The position numbers and the translations under genes are program-made. The notes beneath the pieces were generated by a model. The model was not told the origin of the DNA and ran no database searches. It worked only from the letters and a program-made list of their open reading frames with translations. Shown here piece after piece: positions 55,338 through 64,000 of a stretch of DNA of 64,000 nt (position 1 is its first letter; each line of letters opens with the position of its first letter). This DNA comes from Lingula anatina (Eukaryota; Animalia; Brachiopoda). Location: positions 47,718,788-47,782,787 of the forward strand of contig CM120640.1 in the NCBI GenBank assembly GCA_051362555.1, written 5' to 3'.

Positions 55338-55820
55338 CCTTGCTCTCTAAGGTTATGTGTGACTATCTTTCATTGCTGTCTTACTACAATGCCATGTGAC
55401 TCCAACTGGATTTGAGTCTGTTTAAAAACAATGTTTACCTAAATTGTTTGCAGTTACTGGAAATGTTATTATATTCACTATTAATTTCACTTCATGTGCA
55501 TGTAGCATTGTACAGAGGGCATTTCAACTAAAAACAAATGAAGGAAATATCTTTGCTGCCCCTGTTAAAAATACACCTGAAGTATGACAAAGGCAGAAAT
55601 AGGTTACAGGAATTTGACTTCATACCTGTTAGTATATGTACAAATAAAAATATAAGAAAATAGTTCAACTTCCAGACAGTTCCACTTGTAACTATCAAAT
55701 ATCAGTAGCAGCGAAAAAAAATGTCTACCTACGGTCGCACTTAACCAGATTAAAAGAAAATTCACTTCTCCAATTTTAGCATCTGAACAAAGAGATAACG
55801 AAATCAACAGCAGTGGACTG

Positions 55821-55883
55821 GGGCCCGTTTCACGAAGCTGCCGCTAGTAAGAATAACTAACGACAGTTTCGTGAAACGGGCCC
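55821..55883. mobile_element. 63-bp PIF/Harbinger-like mini-MITE
   Basis: TIR GGGCCCGTTTCACGAA / TTCGTGAAACGGGCCC, flanked by CTG on both sides (55818-55820, 55884-55886; CWG-type 3-bp TSD). Confidence 0.75.
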
Positions 55884-56140
55884 CTGATGAGTGGGAACTC
55901 TGGTCTCCCCCCCCCCCCTTTCCCTCCACTCCCCATTTTTCACTCGGTTTTAAAAGAGCCAGGCAGTAAATGCAAAGAATGCAGAAATATCAATATAACG
56001 AGAACAAATACATTAACTTCATAACCAGAAGCGAAAAAGAGAATGATAAATATGACAGCACAGACTTCCTTACCACGCGCCATTGTGTTTTGAAAATATG
56101 CTGGCTATCCCACAATTCCAAAATGGGTCAAACCTGGCCA

Positions 56141-56185
56141 AACCGAAAAAGAGGCGGGGAATTCCCCTTTGCTGTAAAAATTCCC
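56141..56185. promoter_or_regulatory. Putative NF-kB/Rel and IRF-like site cluster upstream of CARD-TRAF gene
   Basis: Perfect palindrome GGGGAATTCCCC 56156-56167; GGGAATTTTT on the minus strand 56176-56185; AACCGAAA 56141-56148. About 130 bp upstream of a 5'UTR donor (AG|GTAAGT at 56299). Confidence 0.5.
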
Positions 56186-56572
56186 AAACAACAAAATTTG
56201 TTAGTCTGTCGCTGATCACATGCTCACTGCCACCTGATTCATTAGCTGTAATTTGCCGTTGCTTTATTTAGACTTCCAAAGATTTATATAACGAAGAGGT
56301 AAGTATTAATTTTCGCCTGTAATTCAGTAGTTCAAGAAAAAAGAAAAAATATGTAAATGAATATACAGGTACTATATATAAACAATTTAGTACTTCGCCG
56401 TTGACCTTTGTTGGCAGTGTTGCTGTTGAGGTGTTCGCGTGGCTTCATTTAATGGTGAAGCGAGACCAAAATGGTGTTTAATTAAATTTAAACTTTCTAA
56501 GTTAGAAAGTTAACATAACAAATTTCATACATTTATGTATTTGCCTTTTAGGTAGTTTCAGTACAGGATACT

Positions 56573-59500
56573 ATGGCACAGGAGAAGTCGACACAGATTT
56601 GGAAGACAGCATTGCAGCAAAACCTAGTACACATAGGCCGTTCCATGAAAACTGATCGACTGGTCCCTCACTTGATACAACATGACATTATTTCTGATGA
56701 TGATATGGACACTCTTAAGGACATGGGAACTGAAACAGAGAAGGCGGAGTGGCTGATAAACTTGCCTCAGTTTTCGGCCTTACAAGCTCACGGTACCCTT
56801 ACCAGCGGTAAGGGTACCGTGAGCTTGTAAGGCCGAAAACTGAGGCAACTGATAAACCATCTTAGAAGATATGCATCTGACGAAGGATTCAAAATCCTCA
56901 TGTGTGCGCTGAGAGAAGAAAGACAGAATCATGTTGCTGATTTTATTGAAGACAAGCTAAAAGGTACACTGATAGACCTTACACTACATTTACTTACAAT
57001 GCACATCTCCTTCATTAAATACCTGTACCTGCTCTTCCAATAATATAAAAAAGGTACAATTCTAAGGAAAGCATCATAATGTGTATATTTTGAATATTGG
57101 ACATAACCATATGATATACTTTATATGTCTGATCAATTGACTTGTTGTAGGTGTGTTCGTAAACATGTCATGTATCACAATATTAGTCATGATCGAGTTT
57201 GTAATGAGCCTTGTGATTAATATGCACATAGTCAATTAAGTAAATGAGGTAACTTTCAGCTCATTTGAACAAAAATTCACAAAAATGAAATTGTTTTTAA
57301 AATGCTTGCTGTGTTTACTGCTGTATGGAACTGCATGACACTGCTAATAAAAGTAAACCATCTTGATAACAATAGATATTTCTTGTCTTTTTTTTAGATC
57401 TTACAATGACAACTGCTGAAAATAAATTTTGCATGTACCCCAGATATGCTGATGCCATTCAGGTTCCACCAAATAAAGCAGATAATCATAAACACAAAGA
57501 AAATCCACTTCTAGTGATTTCTGAGGTTGGTAAATGTATTTGTTAATCAAATGCTCTATAAATGAACTGTTGTTTTAATTACTAAATTTATCATAAATTT
57601 TGATGCATTAAGCTAGTAGACATAAGAATCTGCTTGTTGATTTTAGTTTTAAATCATTACATGGTTATAAATGTAGTTACATTCCAGTTGTGTTATTTTC
57701 TGATAATAGTTTGAAAATCACAAATGATATTTTGAAAATACATTTCGTATTGGTTATTGAGCAAGAGTAAGTTTGTTGTGCAAAAGTGAATGATTATTCT
57801 TAATCTTATAGGTCAGTGAATGATTAAACTAGTGGTTAAATTGTACATTCATTCATTGAAATATTTGATTTTTGCTTCACGTTTCAGAGTCCATCAGTGG
57901 ACTTATGTAAACACCACAAAGCAGGGTGTACAGAAGTTGTGGCCAAGGAAAATCTAGACTACCATAGTGAATATGAATGTCAGTACAGACCCACCCCCTG
58001 CAAGAACTGTGGCAAGGAAATACCCTTGAATATTGTCACTGAGGTACACAGTACAATTTATGCATTCTCAAAATGTTAGGGTCAATGCAATAATTGATAA
58101 TACTTTGTAATTTAATTAAAAACAGGTTCAGACTCATACAACACCCATCAACCCATACACACACACTACCCTCTACCAGGGTGGCAGATATTATAGGCAC
58201 ATTCTCCACATTTCTAACAGAGACCCAAATGACCATCTATTTATCTTAAGACATGTCTGTGAATATCTTGTGTAAAATCAGTTTGTGTCCCTGGTAAAGG
58301 GTACACATACACCACATATTAAATCTTGTAAGAATTACTGTCTTGGATCATGCAGACAGATAATTACTGATAATTACTATAAAAACAGAAACATTGACAT
58401 TTAGGTTTGAGTTCATTAGAAGTAAAGATCTGAGCTATTGTTGTTGGAATGTTCTTATATATTTATTTTTTTCAGCATTTTTCAGTCTGTTCTGACCAGA
58501 TGTGTGTCAAATGTCCTCTATGCAGCAGAGATTACTGTTTTTCTGAGGTAAGCATCTCATTTTCTTATACTGCAGTTTCAAGTCTTTTATGGATTTTGTT
58601 AATTGCTTTGTTTATTGTAGCTTGTTTTTGAGAATAGATTCAAGTCTTTGTTGTTTACTTTTGCTAAATAGATATTTGTTCACAATTTTAATAGATAAAA
58701 AGGCATGTTGCACAATGTCAAGGACACTATCATAAACCATGTCACTTTTTCAAGAAAGGATGCTCCTTTAAAGTAAGTGAGGTGGTTTTGCACCCATTTA
58801 AAAAACTATCAAACAAGTCGTTTAAGGCTGTTGTGATGTAATGCACTAACACACGCACACACAGAAGTGCAAACACCAATCCTTCACAGAAGTCTGTTAT
58901 ATATACTGCCCAAGTTGGCCTACCAGTAATTGAATGAATGTGGACATATTTGTATAAATAGAATACAAGATCACAATGCCATTTAAAACCACAGTTTGTA
59001 TTTTAGTTTAATTTCTTGTTTCTTTCAAAGTAATATCAAAAGAAACTTGATTTGTTAACAAGTCAATATTCCTCCCTCTCCCAGGGATTATCAGCAGACA
59101 TGGATCAGCATAACCAGGTTTCTTCAAGCCAGCATATGGAACTGCTTCTAACCCATATTGAAGGCATGGATAATAATTATCAGAAATTGTTTGTGAGGAC
59201 GTAAAAATGCAGGTCTTTATTATCAGCACAGGACATAACTGTTAGCAATAGATATGACTATGTTGTTAAGTATTGCTAATTTCTGTTCTAGTGTTGTGTG
59301 AAGACACTGCAGTGATCATACTAATTTCTTATGCATTATATATCAAGTCTATTTGCACGCATTTTTCATCATTGTAAGCTTATAGTCTCTTTTGTTTATG
59401 TCACACTCAAATTATTAATATATTTAATTGTTCTTTTAGTTGTTTTGTTTTGTATAAGTAAATAAATAACTGTTAAAGAGCAAATAAACATAAGTTGATT

Positions 59501-60582
59501 TTGCAAATTTTGATTCATTTTTAGAGTAAAGTCAGTGGAATTGAAAAGGCAGTGAAAAAACTAAGTACATCACCTCAAAGAAGAGATTCTTGCGCACAGA
59601 CAAATGGATGTTCTACAAAGGATTTGCAGACAGCAGCTGTGACTTCACCAGTCTCATTGGCTCCAGGCCCAAAGCACCGTGAGTTATAAGCACACTGAAG
59701 TTTTATGTGTATCAGATTGATAATTCATTGAAGATTGTGTGTCATTTATATTTGATTCTTGAAAGTGTTTTAATACTAATTTAATACAATTAAGAGTAAT
59801 GAAATTTTTGCTTGCTGTTCTCAAATGTAAAATATCAGAAAAATTGCAATTCATATCTCCATTGGTATGTTATGAATGTATGTATCTCTCTCTAATCTTA
59901 GGAGGACGTTGCATGAGTTCCCCAATCGTTATCATCAGGCCAGTGGCAACTGTTAGCCCATCTCAGACACTGGCACTTTCACAAACATCACTGAAATTTG
60001 GTGAGTATTGAGATTTGTTCGCACACCCAAGAAAAATTCTCATTTTCTTCTCTATTAAATTTGATTTTTGGAGACATTTAGGTTCCTGTTTCACAAAAGA
60101 AATTTGGTCAGAATCAGTTAAAACGAGTTGCATTTCACAAAGAATCCAAGGGCCCCCTACCTCCTTTATTTATTCAAGCCTTAAAACAAAAACTTGGCGC
60201 AATACTGTGTATAACAGTTTAAAAAACAAAAGGAAAATCTCTAAACAGGAATCACAGAGACCTGTAAAATGATATCACTTAGAGTATGCCACACAGACAT
60301 GGCAATGGAAGCATGGAGCTAGGCACAAAGTTCTTTTACTGCACACAGTATTGATGTACAGGTACTATTGTACTGTTTTTGTAACATTTATATATATTTG
60401 AAGTGAGTTCAAGCTTTCTTCTTCTAATTTCAGAGGATTCAGATCAAAAGAACACGAGCAAAGAGCCACAAAAAGAACCAGAACCAGCTATAGCAGAATT
60501 ACCCAATAATAGTGCAGGAAGAAGCCTGTTGAAGTGTTTTGTCAGTTTTGTCTGCAAAACTATATCTAGCCAAACTGTTTAA
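56573..60582 (+). CDS. CARD + TRAF-type zinc finger + coiled-coil adaptor (about 386 aa without the insertion); this allele is interrupted in exon 1
   Basis: Exons 56573-56963, 57398-57525, 57888-58043, 58476-58547, 59085-59192, 59525-59678, 59902-60000, 60434-60582 are all phase-consistent. Removing 96 bp restores the CARD: ...LVPHLIQHDIISDDDMDTL...KAEWLINHLRRYASDEGFKILMCALREERQNHVADFIE. Zn fingers CKHHKAGCTEVVAKENLDYHSEYECQYRPTPCKNCGKEIPLNIVTEHFSVC. Confidence 0.85.
56762..56848. mobile_element. 87-bp perfect palindromic (foldback) insertion with 9-bp TSD, Mutator-like by TSD length
   Basis: 42-bp arms 56762-56803 and 56807-56848 are exact reverse complements around an AGC loop. CTGATAAAC is duplicated at 56753-56761 and 56849-56857. 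Confidence 0.93.
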
Positions 60583-60862
60583 TTAGATGAGAGAATCTGA
60601 ACCAGATTGTGAAATTGGTGCAGGATTCCACGTGTAGATCTAGGGGTTGGGTGAACTGAATACCTGAACAGAATGCTATAGCAGAATTACCCAAAAATAG
60701 TGCAAGAAGAAGCCTGTTGAAGTGTTTTGTCAGTTTTGTCTGCAAAACTATATCTGGCTAAACTCTTTAATTAGATGGGAGAATCTGAACCAGATTGTGA
60801 AATTGGTGCAGGATTCCACATGTAGATCTAGGGGTTGGGTGAACTGAATACCTGAACAGAAT
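60487..60862. repeat. 2 x 188-bp tandem duplication spanning last codons, stop and 3'UTR of CARD-TRAF gene
   Basis: GCTATAGCAGAATTACCC... at 60487 and 60675; copies differ by a few substitutions. Confidence 0.92.
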
Positions 60863-61431
60863 GAAAAACAAAATCCATTAAAGATCTGCAGATCATTCCA
60901 GAATATTGTATAATGATATGTTATAAGTGGACTATTGTACAGTGATGTGTTATAAGCAGAATATGAATATTTGTTATAAGCAGAGTATTGTATAAGTGAT
61001 ATGTTACATGTGAAAGATGTTTTTAAAAAAACAGTTAATGATTTGTCCATAATTGTAATTGGATGCATATATTTGGTAAAATATATCTTGTATATAAAGT
61101 CTTCTATATAAATTTAGAAGCATGAAATTAGTTAATATCATAGTAATTATTATTATTGTTCAGAAGATATAATCTAATATCTACAGATAAAGCATCTCAA
61201 ATTATGTTTTAGCATAGCTTCTTAGATGGGTTTAATTAAAGGGATTTTTGTATTCCAGGAATAGATTGTTCATGTTGATAAAATTTTAAAAATAATGTAC
61301 CATTTTTTTTAAAGAGTGGAATGCTTGTACATAATAAACACACTTTAGATTTGGAACTGAAGATGTGAGGTTGTTCTATTTTGCTTTCTGTGCATGTAAA
61401 GTGGAAGACTGAGTCAGATATGGAGCCCTTA

Positions 61432-62374
61432 CCCAGCGGGCACTCAACGTTGATTCAACATTGAGGATAGGTTGAGATGATGTTGATCCATCAATATTGA
61501 TAGATCAACAAGATCTCAACGTTGAATCAACCTTTTCTTGTCAACCAATTGTCAATGTTGATAGATCAACAGGGTCTCAACATTGATTTAACCTTTCTTT
61601 GTCAATCAATTTTCAATGTTGATAGATCAACAGGATTTCAACATTGAATCAACCTTTTCTTGTCAACCAATTGTCAATGTTGATAGATCAACAGGGTCTC
61701 AACATTGATTTTACCTTTCTTTGTCAATCAGTTTTCAATGTTGATAGATCAACAGGATTTCAACATTGAATCAACCTGTGTTTGTAAACCCTTTGTCAAC
61801 ATTGATACCTCAAGGTTGATTCAACCTTGATGGTTCAACGTTGATTCAACTTTCATAGTCAACGTCATATCAACATAGTTTCAATGTTGACTGTCAACAT
61901 TGATTCAACATTGATACCTCAAGGTTGATTCAACCTTGATGGTTCAACATTGATTCAACTTTCATAGTCAACGTCGTATCAACATAGTTTCAACATTGAC
62001 CGTCAACGTTGATTCAACATTGATACCTCAAGGTTGATTCAACCTTGATGGTTCAACGTTGATTCAACTTTCATAGTCAACGTCGTATCAACATAGTTTC
62101 AACGTTGACTATCAACGTTGATTCAACATTGATACCTCAAGGTTGATTCAACCTTGATAGTTCAACGTTGAGTCAACTTTCATAGTCAACGTCATGTCAA
62201 CATAGTTTCAACGTTGACCGTCAACGTTGATTCAACATTGATACCTCAAGGTTGATTCAACCTTGATGGTTCAACGTTGATTCAACTTTCATAGTCAACG
62301 TCATATCAACATAGTTTCAACGTTGACCATCAACGTTGATTCAACATTGATTCAATGTTGATTTGCCCGCTGGG
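61432..62374. mobile_element. Non-autonomous TIR DNA transposon filled with palindromic tandem arrays (5 x 61 bp, 5 x 109 bp)
   Basis: TA|CCCAGCGGGCA ... TGCCCGCTGGG|TA. 61-bp units at 61497, 61558, 61619, 61680, 61741; 109-bp units at 61801, 61910, 62019, 62128, 62237; built from TCAACRTTGA palindromes. Confidence 0.88.
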
Positions 62375-64000
62375 TAGTTCATTTGTTGATGAAAATTAAT
62401 ACACCGGGAATTCAGTAATAATATTATTACCAAAATGACTTTCACTTCAATAATTAATTGAAGTGAGTCATTTTGGATGGTTTGCTACAAGATGTAGATA
62501 TGGACTTTTTGTTTGTTGCAATCTATGCAAAAAACTGTCCATTTTCTTGAGATACTACAACCAATATTTAGTCCTATCTCATGTTTCAGTCATAGTCTAA
62601 TGGATGCAATTTCATTGCTGACGAGTCTTATTTTGACAGTTGTCTGTTTTATACAGTTGAGCTCACTTTAGCTAATGTTAACCTTCAGTTCTTCAGAGAA
62701 AGTTCTGTGCCCATGGTGACTGCTTGATCAGAAGGGTCATAATGCAAAGTCTTTAGTGTAAGTGGGCCCTAAGCTTAGACCAACTTTAATACTAGTATGT
62801 TTAAGACATAAGTCATCAATGCACCTTATGCTTTTGGTAAGAAAACCACTGCACTTGCAACACCAAACTTTTTATACCTGGGCATATGCTTTAATTAGAT
62901 ACATGTAACTTGGTTTTAATATTTAAATGATTTTTCATGAAAATTACAGTAAATATAACAATCATGTTTCTTCCATAATCAACCTGGTATATTATATTTC
63001 TTAAGTATATTGAAAATATACAACAAAATGGTCTTTGAAAATCTTTTATTTTTTATTTTAGTCAATATGTCATGAGAGACACATTTGTCCCTCTTACAAT
63101 TTCTTCTCAAGATCCAGTCCTTATAAATATATAAATATACAGCCAAGCTTTTCATCACAGAAATAAAGTCACAGTGCCTGAAAGATATACAGTACCAGCA
63201 CTCAATATAACATTACATAAGATGGTTAATTTATATAATTATATCTTCCTTAATATATTAATTTTTATATAAGCAGCAACATTTTTGTCTTTTCTCCAAT
63301 AGTGCTTGAAATAACTAAATGTATTGCAATAACATAACAACAACAAAACAGGCAAACAAAAATATTTCCATGGTAGAATAGAAAGCCCCAAATCCTGGGT
63401 ATGTTTGAGTAGGTACGTGGGAAGATAAAATGTAAAGATGGTCAGGGCATCACTGATATTACATCTTCTCAAGATTGGAAATTATCTTTCAATTACTGAG
63501 AGGGAAATTTTGATGGACCATGCCACAAACTACATTTCCATAATGAACATGGTCATTGCAGCCTGTGGCCTATTTGCCACAGCCAATCATGTTTTCAAAT
63601 TTATGTTTATTCTGATCTCCTTTTTCCACTTCCAATATTATTCTTCAACTTAAATAAACAAACGGATAAATAATGATAATGGCAAAAGAGTGTCATGGCC
63701 TGCAGCCATTAGTACTGGTAAATAGTATATTTGTATTCTGAATGCATTTGGCAATATTTGGTAACACTGAAAATAACTGATTTTATTTTTGCCAAACCAC
63801 ATATGCCAGTGTTTTGTTGGTCCCTTTTTTGCCATTGTCATATAACATGCAATCAGGCAAAAGTGATTATGTAACTTATTGGTGCCAAATTTTATATTCA
63901 GTAACATTTGTTTACTTCATTTGTGACCTCTAATTTATACCATATCATAAAGCACTATTCGCATAAAGAATAGACTTTAAAATGAAATACAAATATGCAA

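Noticed and set aside
55340-56300. RFX X-box expected for a ciliary gene promoter
   Set aside because: I could not find a convincing GTTNCC-n-RGYAAC match by eye.
56762-56848. Tn5 library artefact, or a self-splicing Introner
   Set aside because: The 9-bp duplication is Tn5-like, but there is no mosaic end (CTGTCTCTTATACACATCT). No GT/GC...YAG pair would remove the insert cleanly as an intron.
62430-62476. Short foldbacks (also 25337-25377, about 29549-29580)
   Set aside because: No TSD or repeat copy; AT-rich hairpins of this size are common.

Overview
AT-rich, intron-containing genomic DNA from an invertebrate animal; the repeat types suggest a lophotrochozoan or mollusc, but that is inference. 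I reconstructed six spliced genes by hand from GT-AG sites and frame continuity. (1) The 3' part of a type I membrane protein with a TPR-like ectodomain and an acidic, Tyr/Pro-motif tail (+, <1-4769). (2) A secreted PAN-CTLD-unknown Cys-rich module-CTLD lectin (-, 7013-13156). (3) An angiopoietin-like fibrinogen-domain protein (-, 14279-16396). (4) A divergent SKI/SKOR-like nuclear protein (-, 18013-22754). (5) A clear CPLANE1/C5orf42 orthologue (-, 26198-55337). (6) Head-to-head with CPLANE1, a CARD + TRAF-zinc-finger adaptor (+, 56573-60582) with kappaB-like promoter sites. Its CARD exon is interrupted by a perfect 87-bp palindromic insertion with a 9-bp target-site duplication, which carries both a stop codon and an in-phase splice donor. 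Mobile elements include a satellite-bearing HINE/Helentron, several MITEs and a LINE fragment. I saw no rRNA, tRNA or CRISPR array. All family assignments come from remembered motifs, not database searches.
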